Shown in pieces: positions 56,798-64,000 of a stretch of DNA of 64,000 nucleotides. Below the pieces are notes generated by a model. The model saw only the letters and a list, made by a program, of their open reading frames with translations. It had not been told where the DNA came from and made no database searches. The position numbers and the translations under genes are program-made. Source of the stretch: Planctomycetota bacterium (GTDB lineage: Bacteria > Planctomycetota > Phycisphaerae > WQYP01); NCBI GenBank assembly GCA_021852275.1, contig JAJZNX010000015.1, positions 9,316 through 73,315 of the forward strand. The letters run 5' to 3'. Position 1 is the stretch's first letter; each line of letters begins with the position of its first letter.

Positions 56798-58657
56798 TCA
56801 GGATTCCGGAATTGCAGCCCCGCTGATTTGCGGTACGCCCATGCCGACCAGAGAAACAAGTTCGTGGGCTGCGGGTTCGCCGTTGACTCCCCGCATCGGA
56901 AAGGGGCTTACCGGCGGAGAGGCCAAACGTTTAATCCGGCCCCAGCGCAAGCGAAAGGCCCAACCGAGGGTGCGACGAACTGTTTGGACCAACCCCATCA
57001 TACCGACGATCTGCATTCCGGCAGGCTTAAACGATACCTTGCTGTTGCTGCACACCAAAGCCACCGCCAGCCACAGCGGATTGTAAAAGTACAGGTAGCC
57101 GGCCAATAAATTAAGCTGCTTGCGCCACGGGCGCTGATGATTCGAGGCAATCACATAATTTCCATCATACATATAGTTTTGCACCTGCCGGCCCGCAACG
57201 TTGTCAAAAACCCGGCCGGAGCTGAATGTTTCGTCGTAGAGTCTGGTTCCCGGTGAAGGTGTTACCATCAACACTTGCAGCGAAACCGCACCCGCCTGGC
57301 GGAGCAGCTTAATTTGATTCAGCAGGCCATAGGAGGTGTGCGGCGAATACAGGGGCTGGCTGTCATGATGCATCATCATGGGCATGGGGCAGATACCCAC
57401 ATTCCGCAGGCTGCGGAAGGCTTCGGTGGTTTTGTCCACGCTTTGACCCTTCTTGACCAGGGTGGCCGTCATGTCTTCCACGCCCAGCCACAAGGCCCGA
57501 CAACCGGCCGTACGTACCAGGGGCAGATGCTCTTTCATCTGCAGGGTGTCATGCACAGTCACTTCGCTGTACCAACGAACGTTTCGGCGCAGCGGCACGC
57601 CCGCAAATTCGGCCCGGGCCAGAGTTTCCACAATCTCCAGCGTTCGCGCTTTATTGTTAAAAAAATTATCATCGGTACCGAAAAAGTACCGCAAGCCATA
57701 GGTTTTATGGAGCCGCCACATTTCTTCCGCAATGCGTGCCCCGCTTTTTACACGGTGCTGACGCTGGTTATACCCCGGAATCGGGCAGTAGGGGCACGCG
57801 AATTTACAGCCAAAAGTAAGCACCAGCGAACTGATGGGCGAAAGGCGGCGCACCCGCCGGGCCTCCACCGCCCGGGCGGCCAGGCCCACACCACGCCCCG
57901 GCGTTTCCAGCAGGCCATAGCCCAGCACAGAATCGGGTAATTCATCGAGATTACCCACCAGTCGCTGCATACCGGTGTCCAGCAATTCGCCGGTGGGCCG
58001 CCCCTGCTGAATTTCCGGATAAACCAGACCCGGCACAGTGCGGAGTGCTCCGGTTTGCCGGGCGCGATCAAACGCCGCCCGCATGGACTCGCCGGTGCCC
58101 CGCAAGGACAAGATCACCTCCAGCAGGTTCAGCAGCACGTATTCTTCGCCGGTGACGGCCACATCCGCGCCGCAAGGGCCGTTTGGCCCGGCACGAAAAA
58201 CCTCATAGGGTTGGTACAAATTCAGCGAGCCACCGGCGATGATCAGCGGGCGATAACGCAATTCGATGCGCTGGGCATCGCGAATCAATTCCAGGCATGG
58301 AGCCAGATGCATGCCCATGCTGGAAATCATAAAAATATCCGGCATCCGGCCATCGAGTTGCATCCGGCTCGGACGGAAATGGCGGTTCCACTGCTGGAGC
58401 ACAATGCGCGTCTTTTCAAAACCCGCATCCACCAACGCCGAACCGATGGCCCGCACGCCGGCCGGAACCATGCGCGTATCGGCAAAGATGAACGGCAACA
58501 TACGCGTGCGATGGTCAAAGGCGCAGGCGATGACCGTGGCCAGATCATGCTGCGGGGCGATTTGCCGTAAACGCCGCCGGATATCCGTCAATTCGCCGGG
58601 CGGAAGCAATTCGTCGCCGCAGTCTCGACGGGGCAGTTCCATCAATGATTCCTTCAT
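56798..58657 (-). CDS. B12-binding-domain radical SAM protein (class B-like)
   Basis: 619 aa. The N-terminal third is Rossmann-like, as in cobalamin-binding domains (IFMISSMGMH...IIAGGS). The radical SAM cluster is FGCKFACPYCPIP (CxxxCxxC). It starts 24 nt after the amidohydrolase stop on the same strand. Confidence 0.65.
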   Translation of the reverse strand: MKESLMELPRRDCGDELLPPGELTDIRRRLRQIAPQHDLATVIACAFDHRTRMLPFIFADTRMVPAGVRAIGSALVDAGFEKTRIVLQQWNRHFRPSRMQLDGRMPDIFMISSMGMHLAPCLELIRDAQRIELRYRPLIIAGGSLNLYQPYEVFRAGPNGPCGADVAVTGEEYVLLNLLEVILSLRGTGESMRAAFDRARQTGALRTVPGLVYPEIQQGRPTGELLDTGMQRLVGNLDELPDSVLGYGLLETPGRGVGLAARAVEARRVRRLSPISSLVLTFGCKFACPYCPIPGYNQRQHRVKSGARIAEEMWRLHKTYGLRYFFGTDDNFFNNKARTLEIVETLARAEFAGVPLRRNVRWYSEVTVHDTLQMKEHLPLVRTAGCRALWLGVEDMTATLVKKGQSVDKTTEAFRSLRNVGICPMPMMMHHDSQPLYSPHTSYGLLNQIKLLRQAGAVSLQVLMVTPSPGTRLYDETFSSGRVFDNVAGRQVQNYMYDGNYVIASNHQRPWRKQLNLLAGYLYFYNPLWLAVALVCSNSKVSFKPAGMQIVGMMGLVQTVRRTLGWAFRLRWGRIKRLASPPVSPFPMRGVNGEPAAHELVSLVGMGVPQISGAAIPES

Positions 58658-58681
58658 ACGCGGACCAACCGGCCCGGGCCG

Positions 58682-59701
58682 TTACGAGTTAAAAAACTCT
58701 TCCGCATTGGTGCGATACATTTTTTCCAGCACCGGCAGCGGCAAGTCCAGCCCCTTTAATCGACCAACTCCGCCGGGGACGTCCGGATCTTCAATGGGAG
58801 ATTGGCCATCGTAGTCGGTTTCCCACAAATGCTGGTGCACCCAATAACGGCTGGCATAGTGGTCGTAGTTGTATTTGTCGCCGATTACCAGATCACTGCC
58901 GAAAAGGATACGCTGCTGATAGTGGATAAAAAATTCCCGTACGCGGGACACGCTTTGTCGGGCAATGCCCCGCACTATCCATTTCGTGGCACTGGAATCA
59001 ACGCGGTAATGGGGGAATCGATCCAGCCGCTGCTGCAAAGCGTCGAGAGCTTCAACAGAACCACCCATGTGGGCACCCAAATGGGTGCGGCCGGGATATT
59101 GCTCCAGCATCCGGTCCAGCATGCCGAATTGTTCGGCAAAACTTTTATGCCCGTCCGATGGTTTGTATTTTTTATCCGGGCCAAACCAGTCTTGGGGATC
59201 GCCGACATGGGTCATAAAATGAAAGCCCAGATTCCAGGCGTGTTTCATCACGCGCTGCAACTGCGGATGATCCAGATCCATGCCCATGCGTTTTTGTGTA
59301 CCGGGGGCGGCATGAAATTTCATCAGCCGGCTGCCCTTGGCCCGAAAGCCATCCAGGCGGCGCAGCCAGTCATCAATAAAGCTTTCTTGCGAACTGAGTT
59401 CCTGCCACTTGGGAATGGCAATAAATTCAAAACGCCCTGGAAAAGCCGCCTGCATGGCATCCACATCCTCCAGCGGAGCCATGGTCCAGATTCGGCTGAT
59501 GCTGTAATCATCCGCGACTTGCAGAAACATCCGCGTTAAATCCACATTGTGGGCATGCGTATGGGCGTCGATGATAGGACCGGCGATTTTCCGAGGCGGA
59601 ATGTTATGGTAATCCAGCCCCAACCGATTGTACGGAACAGCGGCGGGGTGCGGTGTTGTGGCGGCAGTCTCATTCATGGTAAACCTCACACGGCGCTGCA
59701 T
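58682..59701 (-). CDS. amidohydrolase-2 (TIM-barrel metal-dependent hydrolase) family protein
   Basis: 339 aa. It shows PIIDAHTHAH (HxH metal motif), FMTHVGD, LGAHMGG and ILFGSDL (terminal Asp), the pattern of amidohydrolase_2/ACMSD-like enzymes. Confidence 0.6.
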   Translation of the reverse strand: MQRRVRFTMNETAATTPHPAAVPYNRLGLDYHNIPPRKIAGPIIDAHTHAHNVDLTRMFLQVADDYSISRIWTMAPLEDVDAMQAAFPGRFEFIAIPKWQELSSQESFIDDWLRRLDGFRAKGSRLMKFHAAPGTQKRMGMDLDHPQLQRVMKHAWNLGFHFMTHVGDPQDWFGPDKKYKPSDGHKSFAEQFGMLDRMLEQYPGRTHLGAHMGGSVEALDALQQRLDRFPHYRVDSSATKWIVRGIARQSVSRVREFFIHYQQRILFGSDLVIGDKYNYDHYASRYWVHQHLWETDYDGQSPIEDPDVPGGVGRLKGLDLPLPVLEKMYRTNAEEFFNS

Positions 59702-59819
59702 GGTCGCTTGGCTCTTATACCATTTTAGGCGATGATTTTCGAGTGGACATGACGCTTGAGTTCAGGTCCGCCGCAGAGTAAAATCCATCATCCAGTGTGG
59801 CGGCATCGCCCAAGCCGGT

Positions 59820-60494
59820 ATGGCCGTAGCCATTGAAATAAGGAATCGCGAAATGCCGACGCTAACTCGCCTTGCCATCAAAGACAAATTTGCCACCAGC
59901 CAGGATTTGGAAAAACTGCGGGCTGCGCTCAATGGTATCCAAGGCCTTGACCGAGGACGGTTTCAGATGCACAATCGCATCGGCCTGCTGAAGGGTGGTT
60001 TTTTGCTCACCGATTTCTTCCTCGAGGTCGATGAAAATCTCTCCGAGCAGGTGAAGAAGGCAGTTGTAAAAGCAGGCTTCGGAGTTCGTGGAAACGCTGC
60101 ATTCAAGAACCCCGCCGTGCGGAAAGGGGTGGCCAAACTGGTGGCGAGGCATCTTCAGGAAGAAGATCCACCGGACTATGCGATATGGTTTGGCTTGGCA
60201 TCTCCGTCCAACATCCACTTGCTGGAGATATCACGCGGCATCAGCGACCCCGGCGATGGATCGCTAATGGGGGTGCCGTTCGGTGCCGAAAGCATACCCA
60301 ACGCAAAATCAGTCGTGCTTTATCTGGCCTGCCCCGCCGAATTACGCAAAGCATTCCGGGTTAATCCCGCCCACCCGGCCGTTGTCGCCCTAAGATGCGG
60401 CGATTTTCATGTCGTCCACCCGAAGGACGGCCTGGCACGGTTTCGCCAGTACCTGAAGCAATTGGGCGTGGCCAAACCCCGGGCAGGAGCCTGA
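59820..60494 (+). CDS. hypothetical protein (no recognisable domain)
   Basis: 224-aa ORF and the first gene of a tightly packed three-gene unit. It is not antisense to any recognisable gene. An alternative start is at M12. Confidence 0.45.
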   Translation: MAVAIEIRNREMPTLTRLAIKDKFATSQDLEKLRAALNGIQGLDRGRFQMHNRIGLLKGGFLLTDFFLEVDENLSEQVKKAVVKAGFGVRGNAAFKNPAVRKGVAKLVARHLQEEDPPDYAIWFGLASPSNIHLLEISRGISDPGDGSLMGVPFGAESIPNAKSVVLYLACPAELRKAFRVNPAHPAVVALRCGDFHVVHPKDGLARFRQYLKQLGVAKPRAGA

Positions 60495-60497
60495 GCA

Positions 60498-61133
60498 TTG
60501 GATGCACAGGACCGACTATCCTTCGCCTGCAAGCTCCGCGACCAGGGACTTGTTGATCTTCTCATCGCCCAGGAAGTTTTGCTAATCAAGAAAGTTTTTA
60601 AACTGCCCGGTGCGCAATATCTGCCTCCGATCAATCGCTACCATCTGACGATTGCAAAATCGCAACAATCCCTCGAAAAGGTAGTGAAGGGATACTTACT
60701 CTGGCACCGGGAAAGCGTAAGTCCCTTCGGCGGCCATGCTGTGATTACCGGAATCTTTGATAAGCAGATTGGCGGCAATACGTCGCGTCTCAAAAAGCTT
60801 CGGGAAACGCTGCGCAGGACCAAGATCCACGGCGACATCCGATGGCTTGAATCCATGGCTCCCAAAGCACCGTCCGGGCAACGCGGCGGGGCTGACCTCA
60901 ACGCGGCGGACCTCGTCGAGAACGCGGAGTATCCGTTTTCGCACCCATCCGCGGGCATTGTGTGCCCGGCCGAGCATTTCACGGACCGCGATGCTCTTCG
61001 GGCGATCCTGACGGCCCGGCAGACACTGCAAATCGTCGCATCACTATCGCCCAATGTTGCCGCCCGCGAAACCTTTGAGGGGGCGATGCAAGATTTCCTT
61101 CGTATCGATTTTGCAACGGAAAAGCAACTTTGA
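60498..61133 (+). CDS. hypothetical protein (N-terminal region faintly HEPN-like)
   Basis: 211-aa ORF starting 3 nt after the previous stop. The N-terminal helices (DQGLVDLLIAQEVLL ... IAKSQQSLEKVVKGYLLWH ... GGHAVITGIF) loosely recall HEPN four-helix domains, but no clean R-x4-6-H motif is present. Confidence 0.45.
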   Translation: MDAQDRLSFACKLRDQGLVDLLIAQEVLLIKKVFKLPGAQYLPPINRYHLTIAKSQQSLEKVVKGYLLWHRESVSPFGGHAVITGIFDKQIGGNTSRLKKLRETLRRTKIHGDIRWLESMAPKAPSGQRGGADLNAADLVENAEYPFSHPSAGIVCPAEHFTDRDALRAILTARQTLQIVASLSPNVAARETFEGAMQDFLRIDFATEKQL

Positions 61134-61145
61134 CGGGGTTTTCCA

Positions 61146-61925
61146 ATGACGAATAACCTCAACTCCGCTATTGTCACCGGTTCTTCACGGGGGATCGGAC
61201 GCGAAATTGCCACCGCTTTGGGAGGGTTGGGCTTCAATGTGGTGGTGAATTATGCTTCCAGCCAGGCTGCGGCGGACCAGGCGGTCAAGGAAGTACAGGC
61301 GGCGGGCGGCAAGGCGGTGGCCATTCAGGCGGATATCAGTTCCGCTGCGGACCGTCGGCGACTGCTGGAACAAGCCGTGTCCGCGTTTGGCCCTATCCAC
61401 CTGCTGGTCAACAACGCGGGCATTGCCCCGTCGCAACGGCGCGATATACTGGAAACCGAAGAAGCAAGCTTTGATCAACTCATCCAGACGAATTTGAAAG
61501 GGCCGTTTTTTCTCACCCAGGCCTGCGCCATACACATGATGGCCAATGCACCGGATGCCACAGGGCGACGCGGCAACATCATCACTATTTCCAGTATCAG
61601 CGCCTACACCGCCAGCGTGAATCGGGCGGATTACTGCATAGCCAAGGCCGGCCTCACCATGATGACCAGTCTATTTGCCGTCCGGCTGGCCGCCTCCGGC
61701 ATCAATGTCTACGAAATTCGCCCCGGCATCATCCAGACCGATATGACTGCGGGAGTCAAGGAAAAGTATGATCGCCTCATCGCCAGCGGCCTCACTCCCA
61801 TTGCCCGCTGGGGGCAACCCAATGATGTCGCCCGAGCTGTAACTGCCATCGCCCAGGGACTGCTGCCGTTTTCAACCGGCGAGGTCATCAATGTGGATGG
61901 CGGCTTTCACCTGCGCCAACTCTAG
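61146..61925 (+). CDS. SDR family oxidoreductase (FabG-like 3-oxoacyl reductase type)
   Basis: 259 aa. It carries [15 protein letters not shown] (TGxxxGxG), NNAG and the catalytic S...YCIAKAG (YxxxK), with PGIIQTDM. It starts 12 nt after the previous stop. Confidence 0.85.
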   Translation: MTNNLNSAIVTGSSRGIGREIATALGGLGFNVVVNYASSQAAADQAVKEVQAAGGKAVAIQADISSAADRRRLLEQAVSAFGPIHLLVNNAGIAPSQRRDILETEEASFDQLIQTNLKGPFFLTQACAIHMMANAPDATGRRGNIITISSISAYTASVNRADYCIAKAGLTMMTSLFAVRLAASGINVYEIRPGIIQTDMTAGVKEKYDRLIASGLTPIARWGQPNDVARAVTAIAQGLLPFSTGEVINVDGGFHLRQL

Positions 61926-62030
61926 TGCGATGTCACAGCATAATTTTAGAATTGGGAATCTCGATTCAAGGTCATAATCAACGCATTGCCAATTATGGCA
62001 ATCCGAAAATATTGTGTTGACAAAGCACTA

Positions 62031-62298
62031 GCGCCCTGTTCCAGCCATAATGACGGGCTGACGGAGGGCCAAGGGGTTGTGGGCGCGAAGCGAGGAGGAT
62101 GGCGTATGGATACATACGTTGATGACGAGCGACAAAGCCCACGGCCTCTTGGCCCCCGCCCGTAGGGTTGGCCTTAAACCGGCCATCTGCGGCGTCGCGT
62201 CGGCTCAAGGGGTTTAAGAACCCGGTTCTCGCCGCCGACTCCTTGCATCTGACCGGTTTAGCGCCAATCAACCCGTCATTATGGCTGGAACAGGGCAC
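62031..62298. mobile_element. 268-bp MITE-like non-autonomous element with long terminal inverted repeats
   Basis: GCCCTGTTCCAGCCATAATGACGGG (62033-62057) is the perfect reverse complement of 62272-62296 (25/25). With mismatches the repeat extends to about 34 nt. TA dinucleotides flank both ends (62029-62030, 62299-62300). The interior holds several GC-rich hairpins and no credible ORF. It lies between convergent genes. Confidence 0.6.
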
Positions 62299-62316
62299 TA
62301 AGCCCGCTTGCGAAGC

Positions 62317-64000
62317 TCATTGTATGGTGAGAATTTCGTGAATGTCCACACGGGGTACCTCCACCGTAAGAATGCCCCGAGCGAAACGAAAATCCACCTC
62401 TCTTCCGCCAGGTTCCAGTCGCACCTGCAGCGGGCAACCCCGATGACGTATGAACAGGCGCAGCGGTCCGACAGGCGTGATATGATCAAAGGTGTACACC
62501 CCTTCATCCGCATGTGGGCCACCACTGTTCACCAGATGCACCGCCAGCATTTTCCCCTGCCGCATGATGGTAACGTCCACCTCATGCGAGCCTTGCACCC
62601 GGACCATCGGCTTGGGCTGCGTCCTCGCCAGAACTTGCCCGATAAAGTCGCGCAGTGCCGTGGTCCGTGAATGTCGATACACCTCACCCACCGCAAGGTA
62701 AATGCCCGCCATGGTGCCGCAACCATATTTTCTCATGGACGCGGCAACCTCTCCGCTGCCGCGCTGATTATTTTCCGCATATACCCGGCCTAGCGGCACC
62801 ACCTCGGGCCGACATTTCACCGGCGCGAATGCGGAACTAATGGGGGCCAACATTCCGCCACCAGCAATGTACCAGCCCGTGGTGCCGAGAGTCTCATCCT
62901 GAACAATGCCAAGCTCCGAAGCCAAACCGAGTGTGGTCTTTCGCCCCACCGCCAGCAAGGTGCCACCCGCCCGCACATAAGCCAGCAACGCGCTGCGAAA
63001 CGCCGGGGCTAAACACTCACACTCCGGCAAAACGATCAACCCATAATCAGACATGGGCCGCGTTTGAAAATGATGTTCGCTAAGCACATCCACATGACAC
63101 TGGTTGTCCAGCATGGCATCGAGTATGCCACGCAAAGCCGTCAACTGGCCTTCCCCCGGCGAAAACAGGCCTCGTGATTTGTGGTAATAATTGGTGGTCG
63201 AATTGAGCAAGGCAATTTGCGGCACGGACATTGCCCGGTGGGATACGCTCTGGCGGGCCCGGCAGAATTTGGCCACGTCCCCCATAACGTCCATCGTCCA
63301 GTCATCAATGGCTCCATGGCGATTTTGTTTGAAATAGGTCTGAAAGCCCCCACCCAGAGACACTACCACAGCCGCCTCCTGCTGCAGTTGAACCGCGGTT
63401 TTGGTGGCCGCGAAATCCCGTTCCTTCCACCGCGCCGCAAAACCCCAGGCCATGAGATCCCACGGCTTGCCCTGCGGCATTAACACCCGGGCTTCAAACC
63501 GGGCGGCGCGAAAGCTGTCCATCAGCGGGTAGTCACCCGAAAGAAAATCAACATGGGCCGACACCGCCTCCGGCATATGCGAAGAAAACGCCCAGTTGCT
63601 GCAAATCTGAAATTGCGGATCGTGCGCATGCAAGGCGTCGACATAATGACGCAGGTAGCGGCGAAAGCCTTCGCGGCAAAACTCGGCAAATTCAAAATAA
63701 TGCGGATCTTCCGGCCTGCGCGGAACTTGCTCGATACCCGTGGCGGCCCGAAATGCCTCCAACACCCGCGGACCGTAATCACACGCGGCCGCCCAACAGT
63801 CGCCGTCCACCCACACACCATCGACACCATACACGTCGCGCAGTTCCCGCAGTTGCGGAATCATTAACTCATCAACATAGGCACCAAATACCGACGTTTT
63901 ATCTTTATCGCGCCGGCCTTTTTCATCCACTCGGGCCCACGATGGATGCCGCTTAACCGCCTGCCCATCCCACACCCCCGAATAATGCATGAACAAGGCC
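62317..64000 (-). CDS. glycoside hydrolase-like TIM-barrel protein with GH42-type trimerisation-like domain, probably 5'-partial
   Basis: The frame stays open to the window edge, so the ATG at 63996 may be internal. QLRELRDVYGVDGVWVDGDCW and ICSNWAF resemble GH29/GHL6-type barrels. YVRAGGTLLAVGR resembles the amidotransferase-like middle domain of GH42 enzymes. The family assignment is tentative. Confidence 0.4.
   Translation of the reverse strand, partial: ALFMHYSGVWDGQAVKRHPSWARVDEKGRRDKDKTSVFGAYVDELMIPQLRELRDVYGVDGVWVDGDCWAAACDYGPRVLEAFRAATGIEQVPRRPEDPHYFEFAEFCREGFRRYLRHYVDALHAHDPQFQICSNWAFSSHMPEAVSAHVDFLSGDYPLMDSFRAARFEARVLMPQGKPWDLMAWGFAARWKERDFAATKTAVQLQQEAAVVVSLGGGFQTYFKQNRHGAIDDWTMDVMGDVAKFCRARQSVSHRAMSVPQIALLNSTTNYYHKSRGLFSPGEGQLTALRGILDAMLDNQCHVDVLSEHHFQTRPMSDYGLIVLPECECLAPAFRSALLAYVRAGGTLLAVGRKTTLGLASELGIVQDETLGTTGWYIAGGGMLAPISSAFAPVKCRPEVVPLGRVYAENNQRGSGEVAASMRKYGCGTMAGIYLAVGEVYRHSRTTALRDFIGQVLARTQPKPMVRVQGSHEVDVTIMRQGKMLAVHLVNSGGPHADEGVYTFDHITPVGPLRLFIRHRGCPLQVRLEPGGREVDFRFARGILTVEVPRVDIHEILTIQ

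Noticed and set aside
61993-62298. A 101-aa ORF on the minus strand.
   Set aside because: It lies inside the MITE-like element and reads through its terminal repeat and hairpins. It has no SD and no motif.
1-64000. CRISPR arrays, rRNA genes, tandem repeat arrays and intact IS or prophage genes.
   Set aside because: Reading through the window showed no regularly spaced direct repeats, no rRNA-like sequence, and no intact transposase, integrase or phage structural genes.

Overview
All calls rest on reading the sequence and the ORF track and on remembered family motifs; no homology search, folding or statistics were run. The window looks like chromosomal DNA from a PVC-superphylum bacterium (Planctomycetota/Phycisphaerae-, Lentisphaerota- or Kiritimatiellota-like). 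The evidence for that is two prepilin-type DUF1559 (H-X9-DG-like) pseudopilins, two PEP-CTERM proteins, S1 sulfatases, GH29-like fucosidases, a long planctomycete-style class II ribonucleotide reductase and an enlarged prepilin peptidase.

The left half (about 6.8-31.5 kb) is an accessory glycan-degradation region. It holds 2 GH29-like fucosidases, 2 sulfatases, a heparinase II/III-like lyase, a beta-helix protein, a GH43/117-like propeller, a clan GH-A hydrolase, and a LacI / SGNH esterase / Na+:solute symporter set. Pseudopilin and PEP-CTERM lectin-like genes are interleaved with these. One sub-island (22.7-30.7 kb) is bracketed by two decayed transposase fragments.

The right half is mostly housekeeping: leuA, yidC, mnmE, fmt, ispF, ruvC, pilD, dcd-nrdJ, mutY and two tRNAs.

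Main hunt results:
- a candidate leaderless, Leu-rich leader peptide plus terminator (attenuator) in front of leuA
- an untracked 26-codon Arg/Lys-rich sORF with its own promoter and SD (bS22/mS38-like)
- a 268-bp MITE-like element with 25-bp perfect terminal inverted repeats
- a 165-bp long-hairpin palindromic element after ruvC
- a cluster of CACA..TGTG palindromes upstream of dcd-nrdJ
- a PilD with about 170 extra residues between its catalytic aspartates
- an amidohydrolase / B12-radical-SAM operon divergent from a tight operon of two unrecognisable proteins plus an SDR

No CRISPR array, rRNA or intact mobile element was seen. I did not find one unambiguous new system; the candidates above are ranked by interest.
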